Source: Octopus vulgaris
Lineage: Eukaryota
Assembly (NCBI GenBank): GCA_951406725.2
Contig: OX597815.1
Coordinates: 143,282,001-143,346,000 of the forward strand
DNA length: 64,000 nt
Direction: 5' to 3'
The translations under genes were made by a program, and so were the position numbers. Below are positions 52,143 through 64,000 of the stretch, in pieces. Below the pieces are notes generated by a model. It was not told the origin of the DNA and searched no databases. It saw only the letters and a list, made by a program, of their open reading frames with translations. The first letter of the stretch is position 1; every line of letters starts with the position of its first letter.

Positions 52143-53768
52143 CTGTAGTGGCTGCAGTGATGTAAAGTAGTGATGATGTCTGAGTGGTAACAGAGACTAT
52201 ATCAAGATAGGGTTGTGATAATAATGTTGGGTGGTGGTGGTGGTGGTGATGTTATGTTGATGCTGTAGTAGTAGTAGTAGTAGTAGTAAATTTGTGGAAG
52301 GGGTCTGTATAAGATTTTCTAGTTAATATCTATCTGCAATAAATTGCTTAGACTTAAAGAGTACACAAAATATTTTAACAAATTTTTTTATAATAATAAT
52401 TTTTTTTTATAACATTTAGTTATGAAAATATAAGGCAATTTTTTAAAAACACTGAATGGCTGTGGGGCCCCATTTGAGTAAAATAGGAATCAAAAGGATC
52501 CACAGGCAAAAAATGGATGAGAAACACTGTATTTAATAGGAAACACCTATAACTCAATCATCGTATAATCAACATTGGAGACATGATAAAATGGGAAATC
52601 TTCCTACATACGAAATGAAACCAGGACTATTATCTCTGAACTAGAAAGTGTACCTAGTGTAGATAGAGTGCTTAGGTGACCAAGTGTTCCCAGAGAAACT
52701 ACTGTACTTAATTCACTGCTATATCCTGTCTCTTTAATAATGTTCTATTCAATATAAAGACAATGATTTATCGCTAGTGCTTAAATAATCAGTCAAGATT
52801 TTAACCCAGTCTAAGGAGGTAGGAACGTGGATAACTTAACCGAAAAGAATATGACAACCTCTATGTAGTCACTGAACATAATAGAAATAATAGTCAAATT
52901 GCCTTCAAATTATACCCTGCTATCTTTAAAAAGAGAAAGAAAAAAAGCATATTATAATTTATTCCTAGCGCATGATGCTGAATAAAATATGGGATGGTCA
53001 TAGATGGAATACCTTTGCTTATATGTCTGTTCAATCAGAGCTGACCCAGGTTTGAGCATAACCACTACAAATTTTCCATCAAAATTAATATTTCAGGAAA
53101 AGAAGAGAAAATCAGGAGTGCATTCACAGAGTTACTTCCCTTGTGTATTTTTTTAATCCTAAACTTCTCCCTCCCCCCTCTCTGTTTTAAACAGATACTA
53201 TCGTTTAGCTCCAGATCAGCTCCAATCAAGCAAAACTTTTTCTTTTTACCAGACATGTCTATCTAGAATTACATAAGCCAGTGAGTCATTCCCCTTTAAG
53301 ATAGTGTAGTGCAATATGAAGGAGATTTGGTTGTTGTTTCTAACTGATCAAGTGACCTCATAGAGATCCAATGTTAGCAAGAATTTTCAAGCAACAACAG
53401 TTTCTAAGTAGATAGTCTACCAATCTGTTTTTATGACAATAACACTTATTATCAACAGCTCAGTTCACCTGGCTGTAAATAGTCCATTCTCCTGTGTCTA
53501 TAGCAACAACAATACTTCATTCTCAACAGCCCAATGGGTTCTAGATCTTTGACAGATGTGGAACAAACAATGAAAAGCCACACTAATGTATTTCTCTTGA
53601 AGATACATATGTACAAGTTTCACTGAGTGTATAACTTATTGAATGGTAAGGATTACTAGACAGTAACAACAATACTTGGAAATTAGTCAAATTGTTTATT
53701 GACTGATACCTAAGCATAAACTGCCACATTCGTAAGCAAAGTGCTAAAAACGCATGAGTTAAAAATTA

Positions 53769-54002
<234 letters not shown>

Positions 54003-54865
54003 TCATGAGAAGTGAAGGCAGACATGTACAAATAGATTTATGAAGAATGTAACATGATTAAGAATTTGGGAATAATTTACTGACATATTGTGAAACATCT
54101 GGGACAGTTAAATTAACAGAACATCTTACATCTAGACAAGAGTTTGTCATTTCATTTAGAGCTTTTGCTATTGCAATGTATGTGTGTCAAAGACATCTAA
54201 TTATTAACAGTCCATTGTAGTAATTAGGTATTGCTGTTTAGTATACTGAACATGTGTGGCCTCATGGTTCAAGTGCTGGACACACACTCATGAGGTCATA
54301 GGTTCAATTTCTGGACCAAGAAATGCATTGTTTCTGTTGAGCAAAGCACTTCCATTTCAAATTGCTCCAGTCTGCTCAGCTGAAATGAGTACCAACCCAA
54401 AACTGGTGCAGCCCTCTCTCCCCCCAGTTGTCACATACTAGATGTTCTGCTCAGCTAAATATGGGAGGCTTGAGAGGATGTCTATATCTGTACACAACTA
54501 CATAGCCACCCAAGACAATTAGAGAAAAAAATGGTGCATGTTACCAAGGCATACTCCCTTGCAAGTGACAGGTGTGCTGCCTTTTCCCTTTTTTACACTG
54601 TTTCTAATCTAGGTACTTATCTATCATCAGTTCCAGTCTACTAAGCTGTATATAGGTACAAGAGTGTTACACATTTCACTAGTGCAAAGAGTATCTGCTC
54701 TGTAGAGTCAACAACTGATACATTATTTGCAGCTAAAAGTTTAACTGCTGGTAAAAGTTATCAGCAATAGATTTACCAGGACGAAAGTTTATGTTCAATA
54801 TACTTAATACAGTACAGAAATAGGTATCTGTGGACCCTAAACACATGAAAGGGATAATGACTAAT

Positions 54866-57800
54866 ATCATCACATCATCATCATCATCGTTTAGCGTCCG
54901 TTTTCCATGCTAGCATGGGTTGGACGGTTCTACTGGGGTCTGTGAAGCCAGAAGGCTTCATCAGGCCCAGTCAAATCTGGCAGTGTTTCTACGGCTGGAT
55001 GCCCTTCCTAACGCCAACCACTCCGTGAGTGTAGTGGGTGCTTTTTACGTGCCACCCGCACTGGTGCCAGACAGAGCTGGCAAACGGCCACGAACGGATG
55101 GTGCTTTTTATGTGCCACCGGCACGAGGGCCAGGCGAGGCTGGCAACGGACATGAAACGGGGCGGTGCTGGCAACGGTCGCGAAACGGAAAGTTCTCTTA
55201 CATGCCACCGGCACTGGTAACACATCTGCAATTTCCATTGATCGATTTCCATTGATCGATTTCGATTCTGATCCTCACTTGCCTCAACACGTCTTCACAA
55301 GTAGAGTTTTGTGTCCCAAGAAGGGAAGGTATGCATACGTAGGCCGGCTCCATCCCATGTAGAAGGCCACGGGTTATGGACTCACTTGTCCTGCCGGGTC
55401 TTCTCGCGCACAGCACACTTCCAGAGGTCTCGGTCTCTAGTCATTTCCTCAGTGAGACCTAAAGTTCGAAGGTCGTGCTTCACCACCTCGTCCCAGGTTT
55501 TCCTGGGTCTGCCTCTTCCACAGGTTCCCTCAACCGCTAGGGTGTGGCACTTTTTCACACAACTATCTTCATCCATTCTCGCCACATGACCATACCAGCG
55601 CAAACGTCTCTCTTGCAAACCACAACTGATGCTTCTTAGGTCCAGCTTTTCTCTCAAGGTACTTACACTCTGCCGAGTATGAGTACTGACATTACACATC
55701 CATCGGAGCATACTGGCTTCATTTCTAGCGAGCTTACGCATATCCTCAGCAGTCACGGCCCATGTTTCACTGCCATGTAGCATGGCTGTTCGTACACACG
55801 CATCATACAGTCTGCCTTTCACTCTGTGCGAGAGGCCTTTTGTCACCAGCAGAGGTAAGAGCTCTCTGAACTTTGCCCAAGCTCTTCTTACTCTAGCAGT
55901 TACACTTTCAGCACACCCGCCCCCGCTGCTGACTTGGTCACCTAGGTAACGGAAACTATCAACTATTTCTAGTTTTTCTCCCTGGAAAGTGACGGAAGTT
56001 GGTCTCAGAGCATTTTCAGTGTTTATTGTTCCTGAGCATCTGCCACATAAAAAACCATCTTCCTAGTTAGCCTTCCTTTGACATTGCTGCATCTCTTATG
56101 TGTCCATAGCTTACACTTGGTGCATCTTATAGAGTTTCTACCTACACCTTTTCTACAGATGGAGCAGGGCCATCTACCTGAAGGTGTTTGTGATTTGTCT
56201 ACCTTCCTACTGATTACGACTTTGGTTTTAGCTAGATTGACTCTGAGGCCCTTCGATTCTAATCCTTGTTTCCACACCTGAAACTTCTCCTCCAGTTCTG
56301 ATAGCGACTCAGCAATTAGAGCAAGGTCATCAGCATAGAGGAGCTCCCAAGTGCATCCTGTCTTGAATTCCTCCGTTATTGCCTGGAGGACTATGATAAA
56401 TAGGAGGGGCTGAGTACTGAGCCTTGGTGGACTCCTACCTCTACCCGGAATTCTTCACTGTACACATTTCCAACCCTCACCCTACTAGCGGCGTCCCTAT
56501 ACATGGCCCGCACAGCTCTCACTAACCATTCATCTATCCCTAGTTTCCTCATTGCCCACCAGATAAGGGATCGGGGGACCCTGTCGAAGGCTTTCTCCAT
56601 GTCAACAAAAGCCAGGTACAGGGGCTTATCTTTGGCTAGGTATTTCTCCTGCAGCTGCCTTACCAGGAATATAGCATCAGTAGTACTTTTCCCTGGCACA
56701 AACCCAAACTGCATCTCATCTAAACTAACTCTCTCTCTAATTAGTTGGGCTATGACCCTCTCCGTAACCTTCATCACCTGGTCCAACAGCTTGATACCTC
56801 TGTAGTTATTTGTATCTAGGGCATCACCTTTACCTTTGTAGCAGTTGACTATTATACTGCTACACCAGTCATTGGGTATGACCCCTTTGTGTATCACCTG
56901 ATTAACTATACGGGTGACTAGGCTATAGCCGACACTACCAGACATTTTGAGCATCTCTGCAGTGATTCCTGATGGGCCTGGGGCTTTCCCTGTCTTCATG
57001 CTTCTAATTGCCTTAGCTACCACGGAACTATCAACTCGGATAGCTGGTCCCTCTGTTGGGTCATCATTCGGCAGACTCTCTTTATCCCATTCATTTTCTT
57101 CATTCAGCAACCTTTCATAGTGGCATCTCCAAACCTCTCTCTTTGCATCCTCATTTAGCGCAAGTGAACCATCTTCCATGCGAACACACTTCTCTCCTAA
57201 AACATCACGATTCTCTCTCACACACTGTCTTGCAACACGAAACACCTCCAGTCTTTGGTCCTCACGGCGCAGAACATTGGCAAATTTTTTCTTATCTGCT
57301 TCCCCTCTGGCTAAATAAACCTGTCTCCTAGCTTCTCTTTTGGCAGTCTGATACAATCCCCTGCTACCCCCATTTTTCCAGACCTTCCAAGCCTGTCTCT
57401 TTTCTCTAATAGCCCTGTCTACAATATTGTTCCACCACCACGTTATTTTAGGTCGAGAGGGGACTTTGCACCAGCCACAGATCTGGTCAGTGGCTCTCAG
57501 CAGGTTGTCCCTTAGAAACGTCCAGCTGTCTTCTACCCCCTGTGATGCTCTATCCCCTTCTACTTCGTCAGAGGCTTCAAGTAATATGTCCCTAAATCTC
57601 TGTCCATTTGCAGGATCTTTAAGCTACCAGATCCTTCTTCTCCATATTTGTCGTCTTCTGGTTGTCCTCCTAGTCCTGATCCTAAAGTCACTAACTACCA
57701 GTCTATGTTGTGGGGTACATTCTTCACCTGGGAAGGTTTTGGCATTTATAAGCAGCCATCTCTCCCTTTGCCTTGTAAGGATGTAGTCAATTTGGCTGGT

Positions 57801-58990
57801 ATGTTGGCCCGATTGGTAAGTGACTAGGTGGCTGGTAGGTTTCCTGAAGTTAGTGTTGCAAATCATAAGATTATTTGCATCGCAGAACTCCAGCAGCCTG
57901 GTTCCCTCCTCGTTGCGGGAGCCATAGCCATAGCCTCCATGTACGCCATGGAAGCCCCCAGCATGTCGTCCAACGTGACCATTGAAGTCACCAGCCACAA
58001 AGATAAGGTCTCTGTCGTTCGTCAACGAGGTAGTCTGCAGTAGAGTGTCATAGAATCGGTCTTTCTGTCCATCGGGTAGCCCCGACTGAGGAGCATAGGC
58101 TGATATAATGGTTGCTAAACTATGATGAAGCACTAATCTAATCTTAAGTATTCTGTCACATACTCTGATTACCTCAATTACTTTATCTACCCATTTCTCA
58201 GCGATAAGTATACCCACGCCACCAACCCCGTCAGTATTCCCTGCCCAGAAAATCTTGTACCTGCGTTCCTTGCCTGTGAGGAACCTAGCTGATCCTCCTC
58301 TCCACCTTATTTCTTGCATGCAACATATATCCACACATCTCCGTTCAAGCATCTCAACTATCTCACCAGACCTACCTTTCAGAGTGCCAACGTTGAGGGT
58401 GCCAACCCTGAGGGTGTGGGAGGCATGGGCTCTAGAGACGCTGGGACGGTGGGCAGTAGCTTCGTGTACCTGAAAAGAAAGCTCGCATTTGGCAGAATTC
58501 ATGTGCAAGAAATGAAGTAGTAAAGTAGCCTTCAGTACAACCTGCATAACGCTAGCCTTTCATATTTTGCACTGTATGAACATTACCTTACATAGGTCGA
58601 GACTAGGGGTAGGGAGGGGTAGGGATGGTGAGAGCATTTGCAGTCTTCATGGGAAGCAACCCCGGAATGGCAGAGAATAGGAACTTCCGGCATGCGAGTT
58701 GGGGGCGGGTGCACCGTAGCTGAGTAAAGAGGTTATGTTAATCGTATGAGCTAGCAAATGGGTTTGTATGAATCGGGAGACAACACTAAACGAAAAATTG
58801 AAAAATCAGAGTGGCTATGAACCTGTAGACAAGTCTAAACGAAAAAAAATGTTTGAGCTAGACAGGGTAAAGAGGGAATACTGAAAGAATGAGGGACAAT
58901 ACAATGAGATGGAAATTGAAGAATAGAGAAAGAATAAGAATAAGTGCAAGAAAGAAGGTAGGCGTAGCGAGGTTGGACGAGGCACTCAAA
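54866..58990 (-). mobile_element. Near-full-length RTE-type non-LTR retrotransposon (APE endonuclease, RT, PHD-like insert), disrupted
   Basis: APE motifs (GTLNVGTL, MQEIRW, AYAPQ, GDFNGH, SQIDY) at 57624-58547; RT motifs (KAPGPSG, YRGIKLL, QFGF, FVDMEKAFDRV, GVHQGSVLSP, LYADDL); C-terminus RLRWYGHV...GRGRPRKTW; (GAT)n tail. One nonsense codon near 57625 and frameshifts near 56405 and 56050. The 5' boundary is approximate. Confidence 0.93.
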
Positions 58991-59368
58991 CGTACATGTA
59001 TAAATAGTTGTGTGTGTGTATGTCTCGTGTATGTCTTGATAAAAAGTGAGAGAAAGCGAAATCCCGAGACAATAAGGGATAGCTGGTATTTCTTAAATAC
59101 AACAGAATGTTGGCTAATTAAGGCACACACAGGATTCTCTTTCAGCACAAACATTGTAATTATCTTTTTTAATTATATCGAATGAGTAGTAATTATTTGA
59201 TTTTAAGAAAGTTTGTTCAGCAATCAAAGAGTGGAGATATTTGATATCGTTAAACCAAAGAGAAATAGTAGCTTGACAATCCCGTATTTGCATAATGCAT
59301 ATATAGGTTTATGTATGTGTGTATATCAAATCTATATATAGATATTTCAATATGCATATGTATACATG

Positions 59369-59371
<3 letters not shown>

Positions 59372-59427
<56 letters not shown>

Positions 59428-59436
59428 ATTTATATA

Positions 59437-59524
<88 letters not shown>

Positions 59525-59528
59525 TATT

Positions 59529-59559
<31 letters not shown>

Positions 59560-59615
59560 ATATTTATAAAAAATGAAGTTCGAAAATGCTGCTATATTAT
59601 ACAATTTTTAATTTT

Positions 59616-59651
<36 letters not shown>

Positions 59652-59666
59652 AAGAAAGAGAGAGAG

Positions 59667-59759
<93 letters not shown>

Positions 59760-59770
59760 CAGAGAGAGAT
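59372..59770. repeat. Compound (TA)n/(GA)n/(GATA)n microsatellite
   Basis: Direct inspection. Confidence 0.95.
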
Positions 59771-60550
59771 GCGTTAGTGTGTGCAAAAATATTGGTTCGT
59801 TTCTTGTTAAATAAATAACATTGTATTTCTGTGATACAAAATTTATCCACCCATCCTATGCTAAACAACCACTTGAGTTTACAGGCAAACAAATCACGTC
59901 TGTGTTTGTGTGTGTGTGTGTGTCTGTTTCATGTGTTTGTCTGTGTGTTTCTAATACTCACAGCATATGGCATCCGTTTAATAGCAGATCGGGGAATGTT
60001 AAGGTTCGCATTTTGTTTTTCCCTCTTAAGTGCTGACACTCCAAATTTGACCAACTGGTGGATGCTGATAACTATTCCATCGACAAATTCTGGCCATCTG
60101 AAGTGTTTTGTTTTTCTAAACAATTGTTTTCAAGTATTTTTATATTTTTCAGTATAAAACTGAATACATCCACCCCACATCCGTCACTACCATTATAGTT
60201 GTCATCACCATCATCAACATCATCGTGTCATTACATGAATTATTAATTAATATTAATATTGTCCGTTCATTAAAGATTTTCCAGTATTATGCAAATTTTA
60301 TTCTAGTTAATATATATTTCAATTGTTAAAAGGCAAATTTACAGCAGTTACACCGTGGTGAGAATTCTCCCTTCACCTAAAAGTATATAAAAACGCCATT
60401 TCTGTCCAGTGCCAGGATCACAGACGATGTTTCTAGCACTTTCGTTGTTGAGATGGCGGAACTGGACACATATGTTGTTTTAATACCTTTTCACTTTGTC
60501 GATCAACAGTGGATATATATCAGAAACATATTTCAACTAACCTAGATACA

Positions 60551-60582
<32 letters not shown>

Positions 60583-60643
60583 AATATATATGTGTATGTA
60601 TTTATATATATATATATACATATATATATACATATATATATAC

Positions 60644-60724
<81 letters not shown>

Positions 60725-61277
60725 AGTACAGCTTCCATGTTGTATGTATGTTTGTATATGTGTATGTGCATGTATATATATATATATATATAGGGAAAGT
60801 TTACGAAAAAAAACAAAAGACGAAGACAGGTGGTGTACAAAACAAACAGACATATCAGTATAGTGCTCAGGAATAGAAAAAATCTTTTATGTTTCGAGCC
60901 TACGCTCTTCTACAGAAAGGTACACAGAAAAAACAAGGAGAGAAAAAATGTGTGTAGTGGCTAACAATCTATCATGGCGATCATCATCATCACTTAACAT
61001 CTGTCTTCCATGCTGGCATGGGTTGGACGGTTTGAGAGGTAGAAGACTACACCAGGTTGTTGTGTCTGTTTTGGTATCATTTTTTATAACAAAATATGTG
61101 TTGGTATGTGTGTAAAATTATGCATAAGAGTGTGCATGTATATTTGGAGCGAGTGAGAGCAGTTTTACACACACAGATGTATTGCAATGACTGATTTTCT
61201 GATATTTCTACAATGCATCTATTAGAAAAGCACAAATCTGTAGCCACAGATAAAAATAAAAATAGTTTGTCACTCAC

Positions 61278-61423
61278 CCTTAATACTAAAGCATCTTTCT
61301 CCTGTGGCTCAGGGTCATAGTCAGTATGTACCCTAGCCTGCCCTAAAAATGGGCCAGAGTAGAGAGGCATGCCATCTACAGTAGAGGCTATGGAATTCTG
61401 GGAATTTGTCACTTGGTATTTGC
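61278..61423 (-). CDS. SASH1: SASH1/SLY-family exon, N-terminal half of SH3 (YSGPFLGQARVHTDYDPEPQEKDALVLR)
   Basis: Matches the SLY-family signature YxGPFCGRARVHTDFTPSPYD; acceptor ttttttctatcatccag, donor AGG|GTGAGT; phase 1 to 0. Confidence 0.88.
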
Positions 61424-61524
61424 CTGGATGATAGAAAAAATGGAATATCAGATGGTAGAGCAGATTATGTATAGACTAATGTGCACACATACACAGACAT
61501 CCCTCCACACACACACACACACAA

Positions 61525-61564
<40 letters not shown>

Positions 61565-61804
61565 TCTACAATTGACACAAAGCCTGAAATTTGGGGGAAG
61601 TGGACAAGCCAATTACATCAACCCCAGTGTTCAACTGGTACTTAGTTTATCGACCTCGGCAGAATTTGAACTCAGAATATAAAGATGGCAGAAATGCAAC
61701 CAAGCAGTTTGTCAGGCATGATAATGGCTATGCCAGTTTGCCACCTTCAAATGCAAATGCATGCATCCATCCTTCCTTCCTTTCTTCCACACACACACAC
61801 ACAC

Positions 61805-62176
61805 CAGACATGTGCCATCAGTAACTACTTAGGGTAGGCAGTTGGTGACCTTTATGTAGTAAAACACACAAAAAATAAGCGAAACATAGGTGTGCAACTG
61901 AGTTGAAGGCAGGTTTACTTCTGCCTTTACAGCGTGTAAAGAAAATGTTGTAGGAGTGTACGCAGCACATGTACTACAGCAGTACTATGCGTAGCTTAAA
62001 TACTGAGATTGAAAAGTAGGAGCGAATATTTTGCATTTTATCCATAGCAATCAGTAAACTTCATAATTTTATTGAATTAGGTGCCTATTTTGCCATAAAA
62101 GGAAAATGTTGCTATTGATCTATTTTATTCAAGGTAGGCACTGCCTACCTGTGCCTACTTAGGTGGCACATCCGTG
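61805..62176. mobile_element. Probable hAT-type MITE
   Basis: Imperfect TIR cagacatgtgccatc / ggtggcacatccgtg; subterminal ggtaggca motifs including the palindrome aggtaggca-c-tgcctacct at 62132-62150. Confidence 0.5.
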
Positions 62177-62204
62177 ATACATACATATATACATACACAC
62201 GCAT

Positions 62205-62705
62205 GGTGGCTGCCCCCTCGTTATCGAGTATGGCTATTGCACTAAGCTTAATCAATGTTGTTATCGTGCAATGCCTGTGCAAGAAGATTTTTTTTAAAGT
62301 GAGGAAAGGCTGTGCACTGAGTCAGTCCCACTCACTAAACAACAGCAGCCATAATCCGAAAAGAAGAACAAGTCAACATCATTGGTAACCACTGAGCCGC
62401 AGGTTTTATGTTGGAGTTATCCCAGTTACCTGAGTTACCTTCTCCTAGAAGGATGCCCTAACAAAGGCTAGGAGTCCTTCACTCCCAATGGCTTAACCGC
62501 GTGATCAGGTATTCAGTCGATTATTTCTATGTCCCCGCGCATGATACAGCCTTAAGACATTTATTGGATGACCGTTGACTCTCAAGAGTTCCTCCGCCCT
62601 TTGATGGGTTTTGTTTTTCATCCTGCAGGGTGTCCAATAAATACCTTCCTCACCAAGCAAGCTTGGTGGGGTTGCTGGTTTAGTCACCGACAACCCGGCC
62701 ATGCA
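62205..62705 (-). mobile_element. Non-coding RTE-derived short element (5'-UTR-like segment fused to a LINE 3' end)
   Basis: 62205-62250 matches 9037-9085 (tggctgccccctcgttatcgagtatgg); the rest resembles RTE 5' UTR motifs (ctaggagaaggtaactc) and carries the hairpin caccaagc/gcttggtg. Confidence 0.55.
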
Positions 62706-62714
62706 CACACACAC

Positions 62715-62759
<45 letters not shown>

Positions 62760-62760
62760 C

Positions 62761-62792
<32 letters not shown>

Positions 62793-62984
62793 ACACACAC
62801 ACACATATACATGCAAAGACACATGAACCCACATCTGTAAACACACACACACTCACTAACACACAGGTTCACATACACACACTCACAGGATCACACAGTG
62901 ATGAGACACTGTGAAAGGGACAAAACCCTTCCAGACATAAAAATGATGATAAATGGCTCTCTAGGAGAAACAAAACCAACTTAC

Positions 62985-63045
62985 ACCTATTAAATATTTC
63001 TGGGCTTCCTATTACACCATGGACATCGGATACATCTTGGTTCAT
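62985..63045 (-). CDS. SASH1: Probable internal exon of SASH1-like gene (MNQDVSDVHGVIGSPEIFNR)
   Basis: Acceptor ctttctatttcag, donor GTAAGT, 61 nt, phase 0 to 1 matching the SH3 exon. Confidence 0.6.
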
Positions 63046-63659
63046 CTGAAATAGAAAGTAGAATGCTTATACTGCTGTAATTGTGTTGCTGTTGTGTGAT
63101 GGTGGTGTAGCATGAAAGCAAAATCATTTATATAATGTATGTTTGTATGGGTAGATATAGAAACAATTACATTTCTTGAAGGGTCATTTTAGCTATTTAA
63201 GAATTCACTATTATATTAAATTAATATGTTGTTCTCAAATTTTAGCACACGGCCAGCAATTTCGGGGGTGGAGGAATAAATCAATTACATTGACACCAGT
63301 GTCTGACTGGTACTTTCTTGGGAGAATTTGAACTCACGACATGAAGACAGGCAAAATGTCGCCTAGTGTGCTCATGATTCTGCCAGTTCACAGCCTTATA
63401 TTCAATTAGTATATTACTTAATAGTTCAATCTGTTATGGAATATGAAAATAAACAAAAACTTTTGAGACATTCTGTGACCTGGTCAGTGACAATTTTACT
63501 GAATTATTTCCATAAGCAAGTCACAAAAGTGTGACAAAACTTGTATGCTTTTTGTACCATTCACCATACAAATCAATGTACATGTGTGTATGCATATGAG
63601 AGAGAGAAAGAGTGTGTGTGTGGTTGTGTGTGTATGTGCTTTTAGCAGGGTTCACTGAC

Positions 63660-63794
63660 CTGCCGTGACCTGTAATTTGGCTCCTTAGAACGTAGCAGTT
63701 TCTTTTTCAGGTCATTCCTCAAATCTTTGCTTCTGTCATTAACACTCAATGACCGTTGTGTGATCATTCCTCGCGGACAACTCTGACTCAGTCT
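63660..63794 (-). CDS. SASH1: Probable internal exon of SASH1-like gene (RLSQSCPRG...KEPNYRSRQ)
   Basis: Acceptor cattacag, donor CAG|GTCAGT, 135 nt open, phase 0-0 compatible with the next exon; no recognisable domain. Confidence 0.6.
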
Positions 63795-64000
63795 CTGTAA
63801 TGACATAACAACAACACAAATATACAGTTTTGTAGCAATGCATAAATTAACTCACCCGACACCTGCATACATGTATAAAATGATGTAACAGCAACACAAC
63901 CAGAGAATATTAAAACAATGTATGGATTATCACTCCACACATAGACATGTATACCTACCTACACATACATATACAATTGGTGAAGGCAAGTGGCTTAGTG

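Overview
AT-rich, microsatellite- and SINE-dense eukaryotic DNA; the repeat families look like those of an octopod cephalopod (inferred, not verified). Two convergent multi-exon genes can be reconstructed by hand. (1) + strand: a complete 5-exon, 258-aa Rab27-like small GTPase (11191-27770) with Rab27-type intron positions. It has Met in place of the catalytic switch-II Gln (WDTAGME), a ~39-aa N-terminal extension and a CSCI tail. (2) - strand: the 3' part of a SASH1/SLY-family SH3-SAM scaffold gene (7 exons seen, 63794 to 46171). The exon that should encode the second half of the SH3 and the start of SAM1 could not be found; that intron instead holds a near-full-length RTE-type LINE and a ~2 kb CpG-rich block. 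The rest is mobile DNA: CR1-like RT copies (one with an uninterrupted ~495-codon frame), RTE, Hero-like and Penelope remnants, a mariner remnant, MITEs, and modular tRNA-derived SINEs. Most ORFs in the supplied track are microsatellite or antisense artefacts. All homologies are from recalled motifs, not searches; repeat boundaries are approximate.
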